Source of the DNA: an uncultured delta proteobacterium
GTDB lineage: Bacteria > Myxococcota > Myxococcia > Myxococcales > Myxococcaceae
Direction: 5' to 3'
DNA: 64,000 nt
Assembly: GCA_963796055.1 (NCBI GenBank)
Contig: CAWCKH010000001.1
Coordinates: forward strand, 256,001-320,000
The translations under genes and the position numbers were made by a program. Below, in pieces: positions 1 to 10,345 of this stretch. The notes under the pieces were generated by a model. That model was not told where the DNA came from. It searched no databases and was given only the letters and a program-made list of their open reading frames with translations. Each line of letters starts with the position of its first letter. Position 1 is the first letter of the stretch.

Positions 1-1278
1 GGCCGTGGCGATGATGTTCGCGGTTCCGGAAGCGACGGAACCCGTATACTGGACGTAGTCGGGGAGAATGCCGGTGAGGACGACGCGGTAGTCCGGGTCG
101 GCCGAGTGGGCCCAGCTGGCCCACTGCATGGCGACCGGATATCCGCCCGCATGCCACCGCGGCTCGTCGAGGGTGAAGAAGAGGGTCTTCGGCCACCAGT
201 CGAGAATCCCCCGGGTGAAGCGGGCCCACTCCCTCAGCTTCGCCGTCGCGACGTCCGCGCTGTCCAGGGACTGAGACCAGTTGGCCCGGAACCAGGGATA
301 GACGAGGGTGGTCATCTGCGCGCCGACCAGCCGGCTGTAGGGGTCCGAGCCGTCCATGAGAGGTCCGTAGGTGCGGCGGAACTCGCGCTCGGTGGTGTCG
401 TAATCCGGGCTTCCGTCCGCGCGGATGAGAAGCGTGTCCGCCAGCCAAGAGGTGATGCGGTGGTCCAGCAGGAAGCGGGCGTAGAGGCGAACCCACCGAT
501 GTCTCGCCTCTCCATCCGGGCACCATGCGCCCCACCCGCCCGAGGCAGTGTCCCCGTGCGCCTTGCAGATGTGATCCACATCCATCTTGACGCTGGTCTG
601 CAACGCGGACGTCGACCGCAGCCCGAAGCTGCGCACGTGGATGTCGATGGGAATGACCTGGGCCGAGAAGCTCGGGCCGGTTGCGCTGACGATGACCTGC
701 CCACGGTAGAGGCCAGCGGGCGTGCCGGGCGGAACGTGGATCTCCACCAGAAAGCTCCGGGTGGTGCCCGGGTCCACGCCGATGGGGAAATCGCGACGCG
801 TCTCGGTGGTCTGAACCTCCTCCCACGTTCCATCGGAGTTCTTCCGGAGGCCAACCTCGGTCTGGGGACCGTAGGGTACGAGTGCGTCGGGCCACGCTCC
901 GGCCTTGCCTTCGATCGAGGACGGCTGGGTGAAGACGACCGGCCGCTCCTCGAAGACCCTGACCTCGGAGCGGGGGATCGTTTCCGTGCTCCCCGAACGC
1001 GTGAGGAGCGCCAGCACGCTCCCGTCGGGCGCGGTCCCGCCTGGCAACGTGATCCGCACGCCCCAGCTGGGTCCGAAGAGGACGAGGTGAAAGAGCTCGA
1101 ACTCGTTCTGCGCAGACCAGAGCGTCGCGCTCGAGCGGAACGGAGCCCGGTAGGTGCCGGCCGACGGCTTGAGTGTCCCATCGAGAACGGCCGCGAGCGG
1201 GCTGTTCCAGGGAGGAGCATTCGCAGCCAGGACCGAGCCGCTCCACAGGGCGACGAGCAAGCGGACCAGACCTTTCAC
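1..1278 (-). CDS. Secreted glycoside hydrolase family 123 / DUF4091-like protein (runs off the left edge)
   Basis: Not in the ORF track. Translated by hand from GTG at 1278: MKGLVRLLVALWSGSVLAA (signal peptide) ... AQNEFELFHLVL ... WPDALVP ... FLVEIHVPPGTPAGLYRGQV ... LDEP; frame is open to position 1. Confidence 0.6.
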   Translation of the reverse strand, partial: MKGLVRLLVALWSGSVLAANAPPWNSPLAAVLDGTLKPSAGTYRAPFRSSATLWSAQNEFELFHLVLFGPSWGVRITLPGGTAPDGSVLALLTRSGSTETIPRSEVRVFEERPVVFTQPSSIEGKAGAWPDALVPYGPQTEVGLRKNSDGTWEEVQTTETRRDFPIGVDPGTTRSFLVEIHVPPGTPAGLYRGQVIVSATGPSFSAQVIPIDIHVRSFGLRSTSALQTSVKMDVDHICKAHGDTASGGWGAWCPDGEARHRWVRLYARFLLDHRITSWLADTLLIRADGSPDYDTTEREFRRTYGPLMDGSDPYSRLVGAQMTTLVYPWFRANWSQSLDSADVATAKLREWARFTRGILDWWPKTLFFTLDEPRWHAGGYPVAMQWASWAHSADPDYRVVLTGILPDYVQYTGSVASGTANIIATA

Positions 1279-1533
1279 AGGACCCCCCCGGGGCAAGCGA
1301 GGGAGCAATTGTGCTCAAGCACTGAACGTCGCTCATACCGGCCCCTTGGAGCTAGTTCCGGAGGCCTAGGACCACGAGTCTACGAACCTGGTTCAGGCGG
1401 TCGGGTGCCACCACTCAGTGGCGAGTGCCGTTTCGCGGCTCGGCACGCCCGGAGTCCGGGGCGGGTCGTTCTTCCTTGGATCTTCCTCCACGTGCGATCA
1501 GGAGTGCAGCGGGGTCACCGCAGCGAGGAAGCC

Positions 1534-2178
1534 ATGGGCACCAGCGACGCGAGCGTGGGGAGAGTCGACATGAAGCTCGAGGTCGTCGTCATCCCCGTCT
1601 CGGATACCGACCGCGCGGCGGAGTTCTACCGGAGACTCGGCTGGAGGCAGGACGCGGACATCGGGAAGGGTGACCGCCGCAGGCTCCAGTTCACACCCCC
1701 GGGCTCCCAGTGCTCGATCCAGGTTGGCAAGGGCCTCACCTCATCTGCCCCCGGCACGGCTCAGTTTCTCCACCTCGCCGTCTCCGACATCGTGGCGGCT
1801 CGCGAGGAGCTCATCAGCAAGGGCGTCGATGCGAGCGAGGTCTTCCACGACGCCGCCGGGGGCTACGACCGCTTCGACCGCGACGCACGGGCGAGTGGCC
1901 CCGATCCGCAACGGCGCAGCTACGCGTCGTTCGTGACCTTCAATGACCCGGACGGAAACGGCTGGCTCCTGCAAGAGATCAACACCCGGTTCCCGGGCCG
2001 GATCGACTCGAAGGCGACGACGTTCACATCCGCATCCGATCTGGCGAGCGCGATGCGACGCGCGGCGGCCGCCCACGGCCAGCACGAGAAGCGCATCGGC
2101 GCCGCAGACCCGAACTGGCCCGACTGGTACGCCACGTACATGGTGGCGGAGCAGGCCGGCAAGGAACTGCCGCTGTGA
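1534..2178 (+). CDS. VOC/glyoxalase family protein
   Basis: C-terminal part of ORF 106..2178: MKLEVVVIPVSDTDRAAEFY ... FNDPDGNGWLLQE; GAGGA RBS before ATG 1534. Confidence 0.85.
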   Translation: MGTSDASVGRVDMKLEVVVIPVSDTDRAAEFYRRLGWRQDADIGKGDRRRLQFTPPGSQCSIQVGKGLTSSAPGTAQFLHLAVSDIVAAREELISKGVDASEVFHDAAGGYDRFDRDARASGPDPQRRSYASFVTFNDPDGNGWLLQEINTRFPGRIDSKATTFTSASDLASAMRRAAAAHGQHEKRIGAADPNWPDWYATYMVAEQAGKELPL

Positions 2179-2224
2179 GCGATGACGACGTCACGTCATC
2201 GGCTACCTGGAAGCCGTCGCCGGG

Positions 2225-2461
2225 TCAGTGCCGGGTGCCGTTCGGCTCCGCCCGCCCGGAGTCCGTCCGTGGCCGCTCGATCCCGTAGCGGACCATCTTC
2301 TTGATCAGCGTCCGCCGGGCGATGCCGAGCAGCTTCGCCGCGGCGAAGAGCCCCGGGTGCAGGTCGAGGTCGATGGGCGCACCCATGGGATGCACCGGGC
2401 CATCGTGCACCGCCCCGGTGAAGCCCAGACGCTGCTCGGACCAGGCCAGGGCGACGTCCAT
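2225..2461 (-). pseudogene. Remnant ending in a Fis-type HTH (sigma54 activator C-terminus)
   Basis: AAAKLLGIARRTLIKKMVRYGIERP matches the NtrC/Fis HTH end; no AAA+ domain upstream. Confidence 0.45.
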
Positions 2462-2546
2462 GTCCGTCGCTCGAGCATCCCCCGTGCCACCGGGGAGCCG
2501 CGTCCGTGGCGACCCGGGTCTCACTCGCCGAGATGTGCCCGGACGT

Positions 2547-4988
2547 TCACTCCGCCCGCAGCGCGAGCATCGGGTCGACGCGAGTCGCCTGCCGCGCCGG
2601 GAGCGCGCAGGCCGCGAGGCTGCTGGCCAGCAGCACCACCGCGACCGTGGCGTAGGTCACCGGATCCAGCGGCCCCACGCCGAAGAGGAGCCCCTGCCCG
2701 AGGCGACCGAAAACGAGGGCCGCAGCGAGCCCCACGCAGAGTCCCCCGAGCACCAGCACCATCCCCTGCCCCAGCACCATCCGCAGCACGGCGGCCGGCG
2801 CGGCGCCGAGTGCGAGCCGGACACCGATCTCCCGGGTCCGCTGGCTCACGCTGTAGGCCACGACTCCGATCAGGCCGGAGGCGGTGATGGCCAGCGCCAG
2901 CGCGGCGAAGAGCCCGAGCAGCGAGGCGACCAGCCGGTGGGGCGCGAGCGCCTGGGACCGCTGCTCGGCCAGCGGCTGGATCTCGGTGATCGGCTGCTGG
3001 GGATCCAGCTCGTGCACGGCCTCGCGGATCTGCCGGGCGATGCTCACCGGCGCCGCCTGGCTCCGGACGAAGACCCGCAGGTCGTTGTAGCCGGTCTCGG
3101 CGAAGGCGCCGATCACCTCGTCCATCACCGGGGTGGTCAGGTCCTGCTGCTTGGTGTCGCCCACCACGCCGACGATGGTCACCCACTGCTTGCCGCCGTC
3201 GAACGAGAGGCGCCGGCCAACGGGGTCTTCTCCGGGGAACCGGTGCTCGGCGAGCGACTGGTTCACCACCACCACCGGATACTCCACGTTGCGATCGGTG
3301 CGGGTGAAGGCCCGGCCGCGCACCAGCGGAATGCCGAGCGCCCGGAAGTAGTCCGGGGTCACCGAGTCGAAGGTGGCCTGGGCCGTCGGCTGCCGGTCGT
3401 CGATGGCCTGGCCCTCCACCATGTACGACGCGCTGAAGGGGGTGGTACCGCGCAGCGGGACGGCGTTCGCCACCGCGACGGAGATGGTCCCCGGCGCCGA
3501 GGCCAGCCGATCGATGAGCCGATCCACCAGGGCGCGGGTCTTCGACTGGTCGTCGGCGGCGTACCGGCTGAAGTCGAGTCCCACCCGGGCGGTCTGCACG
3601 TGCTGGACGTCGACGCCCGGGTTCACCAGCGAGAGCTCGTGCAGGCTGCGGAGGAAGAGGCCCGCGCCGATGAGAAGCGCCGAGGAGATCGCCACCTGGG
3701 TCACAACCAGCGCACTGCGGGTTCGCCGCGTGGCGGGGCGGGCACCCGCACCCACGCCGTCCTTCAGCTCGCCGGAGAGGTCTCGCACCCGCCGGAGCGC
3801 CGGCAGGGCGCCCACCAGCACACCGGTGGACACCGACACCACCAGGTTGAAGGCGAGCACCGTCCCGTCCAGGCGGACCTCGACCGCCCGGGTGCTGAGG
3901 CGTGCGACGAAGGCCACCAGAAGAGGCAGGCACACCATCGCCAGTCCGAGTCCCAGCACGCCCCCCACCACGGCCAGGGTGACGCTCTCCGACAGGAGAT
4001 GCCCGAGCATCCGGCCCCGCGACGCTCCGAGGGCCGTCCGGACGGCGAGTTCGCGCTCGCGCCGCTGAAGCCGCGCCAGGGTCAGGTTGGCGACGTTCGA
4101 GCAGACGATGAGCAAGAGGAAGGCGGCCGCCGCGAGCAGGAGGAGCAAGGTGGGGCGCGCACCCGCGGTCAGCTCGTCTCGGAGCGAGAGGGCGTCGAGC
4201 GTGAGCCCCTGCCCCCTCGGGTACTCGGCGGGATGGTCCTGCTGCCACGAGGCGGAGATCGCCGCGAGCTCGGTGTTCGCCGCCCGGAGATCGCCGCCTG
4301 GCTGGAGGTGACCGAAGACCGTCAGCCCACGCACGTTCCGGGCCTGATCCCATGCAGGGGCGCGCCGGAAGGGGCAGGAGTCGAGCGGCATGTAGACGTC
4401 GTTCTCGGCGGGGTACTGGGGGATGTTGGGCAGGACGCCAACCACGGTGTGCACCCGGTCGTTCATGGTGAAGGAACGCCCGATGACGCCGGGATCTCCG
4501 CCCAGTTGCTTCTGCCAGTACTTGTAGCTGAGGAGCAGCACCGGCGGTGCGCCGGCCAGGTCCTCGCCCTCCTGGAAGAGCCGTCCGAGTATCGGCTGCA
4601 CCCCGAGCGTCTGGAAGAACCCCGCGGACACCACCCCGGTCTGGACCCGCTGGGGCTCGGACCCGCCGAGGATGACGAACGGCATCGAGTGGTACTCGAC
4701 GAGGTCGGTCACCCGCTCCGTCCGTCCGCGGAGCTCGCGGAACTCCACCGGGGAAAGGCCCACGTTCTTCACCCCGGCCAGCCGGGCGGGCTGGGTGACG
4801 TGGACCAGTCGATCTCCGTTCCGGTACGGCAGAGGACTCAGCAGCACCCCGTGGATGACGCTGAAGATGGCGGTGCTGGCCCCGATGCCGAGAGCCAGGG
4901 TCGCCAGGACCGCCAGGGTGAACGCCGGCGCGTGGGAGAGCGCCCGGAGGGCGTGGCGAAGGTCCTGGGCGATGTCGTGCATGCGCAT
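2547..4988 (-). CDS. Duplicated MacB/FtsX-type ABC permease (ADOP family)
   Basis: QDLRHALRAL ... TLALGIGASTAIFS, CSNVANLTLAR..RERELAVRTALGAS, YSVSQRTREIGVRLALGA, ATRVDPMLALRAE; GGAGGA RBS. Confidence 0.9.
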   Translation of the reverse strand: MRMHDIAQDLRHALRALSHAPAFTLAVLATLALGIGASTAIFSVIHGVLLSPLPYRNGDRLVHVTQPARLAGVKNVGLSPVEFRELRGRTERVTDLVEYHSMPFVILGGSEPQRVQTGVVSAGFFQTLGVQPILGRLFQEGEDLAGAPPVLLLSYKYWQKQLGGDPGVIGRSFTMNDRVHTVVGVLPNIPQYPAENDVYMPLDSCPFRRAPAWDQARNVRGLTVFGHLQPGGDLRAANTELAAISASWQQDHPAEYPRGQGLTLDALSLRDELTAGARPTLLLLLAAAAFLLLIVCSNVANLTLARLQRRERELAVRTALGASRGRMLGHLLSESVTLAVVGGVLGLGLAMVCLPLLVAFVARLSTRAVEVRLDGTVLAFNLVVSVSTGVLVGALPALRRVRDLSGELKDGVGAGARPATRRTRSALVVTQVAISSALLIGAGLFLRSLHELSLVNPGVDVQHVQTARVGLDFSRYAADDQSKTRALVDRLIDRLASAPGTISVAVANAVPLRGTTPFSASYMVEGQAIDDRQPTAQATFDSVTPDYFRALGIPLVRGRAFTRTDRNVEYPVVVVNQSLAEHRFPGEDPVGRRLSFDGGKQWVTIVGVVGDTKQQDLTTPVMDEVIGAFAETGYNDLRVFVRSQAAPVSIARQIREAVHELDPQQPITEIQPLAEQRSQALAPHRLVASLLGLFAALALAITASGLIGVVAYSVSQRTREIGVRLALGAAPAAVLRMVLGQGMVLVLGGLCVGLAAALVFGRLGQGLLFGVGPLDPVTYATVAVVLLASSLAACALPARQATRVDPMLALRAE

Positions 4989-5132
4989 CGAGGATGCTCC
5001 TCCGGATGGGCTCACGTCTGAGCAACTCGCGTGCCCCGGCCAACCGTCGTCAGCGTGCGGTGAACCGGCCCTCCGGGCTTCCGGCCCGTCCGGAAGCGGG
5101 ACACGCCGTGCCGCTTCCGGTGCCTCTCGCCG

Positions 5133-5576
5133 TCAGGAGCCGAGGAGGCGGGAGAGGCGCCGATGCAGGTCCAGCACCGCGTCCTCGTGGTCCAGCAGCA
5201 GGCGGATGGTATCTGGATCGTCCCGCTCGCGTAGCTCCCGGTCCAGCGCCGCCAGGCGTTCCTGGAGGTCCTCGGCGCGGTCGGGGGCAACGTCCCGCAT
5301 CCGCGCCCGGAGCCGTCCGGCGACCTCGCGGTTCCCGGCGAAGCGACGGAGGACGGCGAGCGGGCGCTCCACCACGTCCTGGGAGAGCTCGGCCGCGGCG
5401 AGCCCCTTCCGGTGCGCCGAGGCCATGGCCGCCGGGGTCCAGCGTTGCCCCAGCTCCTCGAGCACCGTGCGCTGGTACTGGAGGAGCCGCTGCAACAGAG
5501 CCGCGTCGATGCGGTAGGCGGCAAAGGACAGCGTCCGGGCGTCGCCGCCGGCCAGGTTGTCGCTCGAACGCTCCAT
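5133..5576 (-). CDS. Hypothetical helical protein, translationally coupled to the VWA gene
   Basis: MERSSDNLAGGD... ; TGATG overlap with the upstream stop at 5576. Confidence 0.6.
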   Translation of the reverse strand: MERSSDNLAGGDARTLSFAAYRIDAALLQRLLQYQRTVLEELGQRWTPAAMASAHRKGLAAAELSQDVVERPLAVLRRFAGNREVAGRLRARMRDVAPDRAEDLQERLAALDRELRERDDPDTIRLLLDHEDAVLDLHRRLSRLLGS

Positions 5577-6982
5577 CAATGGGCCCCCGCGGGCAGCAGC
5601 TGGTCCGCCAGCCGGTCGAGATCGGACAGGGATTGCACCACCACCACCTGGTCGCACACCCGGGCGTAGAGATCCATCTCGCTGTCCCCCACCCCCCAGG
5701 CCCTGCGATCCTCCGGACAGATCCAGACCACCCGGCGGGCCTTGCGGCGGATCTCCTGGAGCGCCCAGACGTTGGGTGGGTTCTGGTTGTTCCGCCCGTC
5801 TCCGATGATCAGCACCGTCGTGCGCCGGGTGACCGACGGAAGCTCCCGGCGGACGAAGCTGGCCAGCGCGTGCCCGTAGTTCGAGTTGGACTGGAGCGAG
5901 ACCGCCTTGCCGGTCACCGCCAGGTCGACGGCGCGCTCGGGCTCGAGCGTCCGGAACAGCTCGGTCACCTCGCCGATGTCGGAGACGAAGACGAAGCTCC
6001 GCACCCGGGCGAAGAGCGACTGCAGGGTGTGGGTGAAGAGCAGCATCAGCCGGCTCACGTTGCGCACCGACTCCGAGACGTCGCAGAGCACCAGCACCTC
6101 GGGCCGCTGGGGCCGCCGGGCCCGGAACACCGGGACCATGGGCGTGCCGCCCCAGGACATGTTCCGGCGCAAGGTTCGCCGGACGTTCAGCGTGCCCTTG
6201 CGGCGGCTCCGTTCCCTTCGCACCAGGCGCGTCTTGAGCCGCTCGGCGAGGCGGCGCACCGCGTGCTGCACCTGCGTCAGCTCGGCGCGGCTGAGGCTGG
6301 CGAAGCTGCGCTCGGCCAGCGCCCCCGAGGTGCCGCGCAGGCGGGCCCGGGCCTGACGCTCGACCTCGCGCCGGGCGTCGGCCTCCAGTCCCCGGAGGAG
6401 GTCCGAGAGGCGTCGGCTCACCCATCCGAAGCCCTCGACGGACAACCCGCGGCGGCGGAGCTCCGCCTCGACGGTGCCGATGTCGGTGCGGAGCCCGTCG
6501 CCCCCCGCTCTGGCGAGCAACCTCCGGGAGTAGAAGCCGGCCTGGAGCGGACTCTGGAGCCGGGAGAAGTCGAGCTGCAAGGTGGCGCCCCGGAAGAGCT
6601 GCGCGAGCCGCGCCCGGTCGCCCCGGAGCGCCGCCTGCGTGAGCGGCGACATCTCACCCAGCAGACGGTTCAGCGTTGCGATCGCCATCGTGCGCTCGTC
6701 GCCTTCCAGCGCGCCGGTGGCGGCCAGCTCGGCGAGGAGGGACTGCTCCACGCCCTCCAGCAGCGAGACCACCCCGGAGAAGAAGACGTCGAACGCCCGG
6801 TCGAACGGGCCCCGGTCCGCCGAGCGCTTCACCATCGTCGTCTGGAGAACGGAACGGAACGCCTCGCGGTCGCCCAGGTCGACCAGGGTGGCGGCGCGCG
6901 TCGCGTCGAGTAACTCGGAAGTAGCAACCCGGACGCCGTTCTGGCGGAGAACCTCGGCGAACTCGACGATGCGGGCTTCCAT
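5576..6982 (-). CDS. CoxE-like VWA domain protein
   Basis: MEARIVEFAEVLRQNGVRV; LNVRRTLRRN; MIDAS-like LCDVSES; SNYGHAL; LIIGDGRNN. Confidence 0.85.
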   Translation of the reverse strand: MEARIVEFAEVLRQNGVRVATSELLDATRAATLVDLGDREAFRSVLQTTMVKRSADRGPFDRAFDVFFSGVVSLLEGVEQSLLAELAATGALEGDERTMAIATLNRLLGEMSPLTQAALRGDRARLAQLFRGATLQLDFSRLQSPLQAGFYSRRLLARAGGDGLRTDIGTVEAELRRRGLSVEGFGWVSRRLSDLLRGLEADARREVERQARARLRGTSGALAERSFASLSRAELTQVQHAVRRLAERLKTRLVRRERSRRKGTLNVRRTLRRNMSWGGTPMVPVFRARRPQRPEVLVLCDVSESVRNVSRLMLLFTHTLQSLFARVRSFVFVSDIGEVTELFRTLEPERAVDLAVTGKAVSLQSNSNYGHALASFVRRELPSVTRRTTVLIIGDGRNNQNPPNVWALQEIRRKARRVVWICPEDRRAWGVGDSEMDLYARVCDQVVVVQSLSDLDRLADQLLPAGAH

Positions 6983-7004
6983 GGACGGGTGGAGATAACC
7001 AGAG

Positions 7005-7730
7005 ATGGCGCGCGTTTTCCTGGCGGGCGCATCCGGCATCATCGGCCAGCGGCTGATCCCGCTGCTGGTGGGGGCCGGGCACGAGGTCACGGGGACGACC
7101 CGGACCCCCGGCAAGGCCGACCTGATCCGGCGGCTCGGCGCGAGGCCGGTGGTGGTGGACGCACTGGACGCCGCGGCGCTGGCCCGCGCCGTCTCCCGAG
7201 ATGCCCCGGAGGTGGTCATCCACCAGCTCACCAGCCTTCCGGACCAGATGGCGCCGCTGGACAAGGAAGACCTCCAGCGCGCCATCCGCGCGAACGCCCG
7301 CATCCGCACCGAGGGCACGCCGAACCTGGTCGCGGCGGCGACGGCGAGCGGGGTGCGCCGGATCGTCGCCCAGAGCATCCTGTGGATCTACGCCCCCGGA
7401 CGCGAGCCGCACGTCGAGTCCGACCCGATCGACGTCGACGCGGCGGGTCTCGCGGCGGTCACGGTGCGGGGTGTGGTGGCGCTCGAGGGGGCGGTGCTCG
7501 GGTCGTCGATGGCGTCGGTCATCCTGCGGTACGGCTACCTCTACGGGCCGGGCAGCGGACACGACGGTCCCTTCAAGGACCCTGCCCTGCACGTGGACGC
7601 GGCGGCGCGGGCGGCGTTCCTCGCGGTGGACCGCGGGTCGGGCGTCTACAACGTGGCGGAGCCGGGCCCCTACGCCTCGTCCGACCGGGCGCACCGCGAG
7701 CTCGGGTGGAACCCCGACTTCCGCCTCTGA
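7005..7730 (+). CDS. NAD(P)-dependent oxidoreductase (extended SDR/epimerase)
   Basis: VFLAGASGIIG Rossmann motif, VIHQLT, LRYGYLYGPG. Confidence 0.85.
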   Translation: MARVFLAGASGIIGQRLIPLLVGAGHEVTGTTRTPGKADLIRRLGARPVVVDALDAAALARAVSRDAPEVVIHQLTSLPDQMAPLDKEDLQRAIRANARIRTEGTPNLVAAATASGVRRIVAQSILWIYAPGREPHVESDPIDVDAAGLAAVTVRGVVALEGAVLGSSMASVILRYGYLYGPGSGHDGPFKDPALHVDAAARAAFLAVDRGSGVYNVAEPGPYASSDRAHRELGWNPDFRL

Positions 7731-7775
7731 CCTGGGCTTGCGACCCCGTCCTGGGCGGGACAGCATCGGCCTCCG

Positions 7776-8966
7776 ATGCCGGATGGAGCGACGGGCGGCG
7801 CGCGCATACTTCCGAAGCTCGCCCTCCTCGTCCTGAGCATGGTTCCGCTGGTGCCCACACTCCGGGCACACGCGGTGGGGGACCTGCCGGTCTACTTCGA
7901 GGCGACGCGCGCCTGGCTGGGGGGCCAGACGCCTTATGCCCAGGTCCGGTTCGAGTATCCGCCCTACGCCCTGCTCGCCTTCGCCCCCGCGGCGCTCGTC
8001 TCCTCGACCGTGCGCGAGTTCCAGGTCGCGTTCGGCCTCGAGCTGCTGCTGGTGGACGTGGCCATCCGGGCCGCCTTGCTCTGGACGGCGCGCGGACGTC
8101 GCGGGGCATGGGCCTATGCGCCTTTCCTCGCCTACGCGGCGGTGGCCCAGCTCCAGGCGTTCTGGCTCTACAAGCGTTTCGACCTCCTTCCCGCCGGGCT
8201 CACGCTGGCGGCGGTCCTTGCGCTGTCGCGCCGCTCGGGCGTTCGCGCCGGAGCGGCGCTGATCGCCGGCATCGGGATGAAGGTCTATCCGGTGGTGCTG
8301 GTGCCGCTCGGGCTGGTGCACAGCGCCCGGAGCGGAGCGCTCCGACGGTTCATCGTGGGGGCCGCCGTCGCCGGAGCGCCACTCGCCGGCCTGGCGCTGG
8401 CATGGCCGTTGTTCAGCGCCGTCGGCTTCCATTCGGCGCGGGGGCTCCAGGTGGAGTCGCTCTGGGCGTCGGTGCTCTGGCTGCTCCGGGACTGGACGGG
8501 GGTCACGTGGGTGCACGCGGCGGCCTCGTACGAGGTGCAAGGAGGACTGGCGCCCGGCGTGCTCCGGGTGGCGGTGGCGGTGTGGGCAATGGGCACGGCC
8601 GCGGCGGTGCTCCTGTCGCTCCGCCCGGTCGACGGCTCCCGGCCGGGCGCGATCGCCGAGCGCGCGCTCCTGCCTCTCCTGGCCCTGGTCAGCCTCGGTC
8701 CGGTGTCCAGCCCGCAGTACGTGCTGTGGATCGCCACCGTGACGGCGCTCCTGGTCGAGCCGGAGCGCTGGCGGCTGACTGTCGCGCCACTTGCCGCCGC
8801 AGTGCTGACCCGCGTCACCTACCCTGCCCCGGGCTACCAGACCGGACTCTCCTCGGCTCTGACGGCGGTGTTGGTGGTCCGGAACACGTTGCTGGTCGCG
8901 GGCTTCGTATGGCTGGCGGTCTGGACGGCGCGCGCTCGTGCCGCGATCCCCGGATTGATTAGGTAG
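7776..8966 (+). CDS. GT87-like (GT-C) membrane glycosyltransferase
   Basis: PY..F.EYPP motif, RFDLLPA, KVYP, RGLQVES, SPQYVLW; multiple TM segments. Confidence 0.75.
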   Translation: MPDGATGGARILPKLALLVLSMVPLVPTLRAHAVGDLPVYFEATRAWLGGQTPYAQVRFEYPPYALLAFAPAALVSSTVREFQVAFGLELLLVDVAIRAALLWTARGRRGAWAYAPFLAYAAVAQLQAFWLYKRFDLLPAGLTLAAVLALSRRSGVRAGAALIAGIGMKVYPVVLVPLGLVHSARSGALRRFIVGAAVAGAPLAGLALAWPLFSAVGFHSARGLQVESLWASVLWLLRDWTGVTWVHAAASYEVQGGLAPGVLRVAVAVWAMGTAAAVLLSLRPVDGSRPGAIAERALLPLLALVSLGPVSSPQYVLWIATVTALLVEPERWRLTVAPLAAAVLTRVTYPAPGYQTGLSSALTAVLVVRNTLLVAGFVWLAVWTARARAAIPGLIR

Positions 8967-8985
8967 GCTCGCCCGCTTCTGGCGT

Positions 8986-10326
8986 TCACTCCGCTGGTGG
9001 GCGTGAGTCGCTGCGCTCGAACACAGCGAGCGTCTCGGAGTGGTGGGTCCCCGGGAACATGTCCACCAGCTGGAGCGCCCGGAGCTGGAATCCCCCGGCG
9101 GTGAGCGCGGCGGCGTCCCGGGCGAGCGCGCCGGCGTCACAGGCCACGTAGACCAGCCGCCGGACTCCGAGAGCCGGGGCCAGCGGTCCGAGCCCTGGCG
9201 CTCCGGTCCGCGGTGGGTCGGCGAGCAGCAGGTCGAAGCGGCGTCCTTCCTTCACCAGGCCACGAGCCACCTTCACCGCCTCGCCCTGCACGAAGCGCAC
9301 GTTGCCGACCTGGGCCTGGGTCGGTGCGGCCGCGGCCAGACGCACCGAGAGCGCCGAGGCCTCGACCGCGAGCACCGACGCCACCCTGGCCGCCAGCGCG
9401 AAGGTGAAGGTTCCGTTGCCGGCGTACAGCTCGAGAGCGGCGTCCTGCTTCCCCGGCGCAAGCAGCGCCAGGGCGCTCTCCACCAGCAGCGGGGTCGCCT
9501 CGGCGTGCGCCTGGGAGAAGGCCTCGGGCCGCAGCAGCAGCGGTACCTCCGGGCGCAGAGGAGCGGTGGTCCGTAAAATCGGTCGTCCCAAGTCCTCGCT
9601 CGCCCCACGCTCGGGGACCAGCACCACCCCGCGCACCCCGGCACGGACCACCGCCAGCGCCACCTCGCGGGCGCGCGGCTTGATGGCCCCCTCGAGCTCG
9701 AGGGCCACCGAGACTCGGGTGCCCTCGGCGAGCAGCCGGACGGAGCGCAGCCCCCGTCCGAGCGGCCGCAGCAGTGGGGCAAGCCGTCCGGGAAGCGGCG
9801 CCAGCGGTCCGACCAGGGCCGGGCAGTGTTCGACGGCCACCGGGGCATGGCTCCGCCGCTGGAGATAGCCCAGGTGGGTGCCGGTCCAGTGGAGGTCTGC
9901 CCGCCGGCGCGTGCCGAGGTCTCCCGCCGACAGGGTGGGCAGCCACGCGATGTGGGTGAGGTCGAGACCTCCGAGCCGCTCGAGCGCGGCCCGGACCGCC
10001 CGCGCGCGCTCCTGCCGCTGGCTGTCGGGGGAGAGGTGGAGCCAGTCACAGCCGCCGCACACCTCGGCGAGCGGGCACCCGGGCGTGATGCGCGTGTCGG
10101 CGGGCCGGAGAACCTCCAGCAGCCGCCCCCGCTGGACCTTCCCCTCGACCGCGGGGACGACACGGACGCGCTCGCCAGGGAGAGCGCCGGGGACGAAGAG
10201 TGCCCGGCCCTTCCAGGCCGCCACGCCCTCCCCGTCCGCCGAGAGGCGATCCACCTCCACCTCGACCGGCGGCTCCTCCGGCCTCGGCCGCGTGGCGGGC
10301 CGGGCGGGCGGCACACGTCGACTCAC
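8986..10326 (-). CDS. rlmD: 23S rRNA (uracil-5)-methyltransferase, RlmD/TrmA family
   Basis: TRAM-like N-terminus, CPLAEVCGGC Fe-S motif, FSQ, LELYAGNG, DPPRTG, YVAC, DMFPGTHHSE. Confidence 0.85.
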   Translation of the reverse strand: MSRRVPPARPATRPRPEEPPVEVEVDRLSADGEGVAAWKGRALFVPGALPGERVRVVPAVEGKVQRGRLLEVLRPADTRITPGCPLAEVCGGCDWLHLSPDSQRQERARAVRAALERLGGLDLTHIAWLPTLSAGDLGTRRRADLHWTGTHLGYLQRRSHAPVAVEHCPALVGPLAPLPGRLAPLLRPLGRGLRSVRLLAEGTRVSVALELEGAIKPRAREVALAVVRAGVRGVVLVPERGASEDLGRPILRTTAPLRPEVPLLLRPEAFSQAHAEATPLLVESALALLAPGKQDAALELYAGNGTFTFALAARVASVLAVEASALSVRLAAAAPTQAQVGNVRFVQGEAVKVARGLVKEGRRFDLLLADPPRTGAPGLGPLAPALGVRRLVYVACDAGALARDAAALTAGGFQLRALQLVDMFPGTHHSETLAVFERSDSRPPAE

Positions 10327-10345
10327 CGCGGCCCTCCGGGGCGCG

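Noticed and set aside
1347..1354. TGGAGCTA matching the tRNA-Ala 3' end as a possible distal att site
   Set aside because: Only 8 nt, and core genes such as rpsA lie between the two sites.
106..1533. 690-aa ORF as a fusion to the VOC domain
   Set aside because: The 5' part is the antisense of the minus-strand gene 1..1278; the real VOC start is ATG 1534 with an RBS.
2301..5021. Long antisense or alternative-frame ORFs (also 12177..14303, 16149..18155, 24131..26143, 46397..49492 and many others)
   Set aside because: Shadow ORFs expected at high GC; they overlap well-supported genes and have no recognisable motifs.
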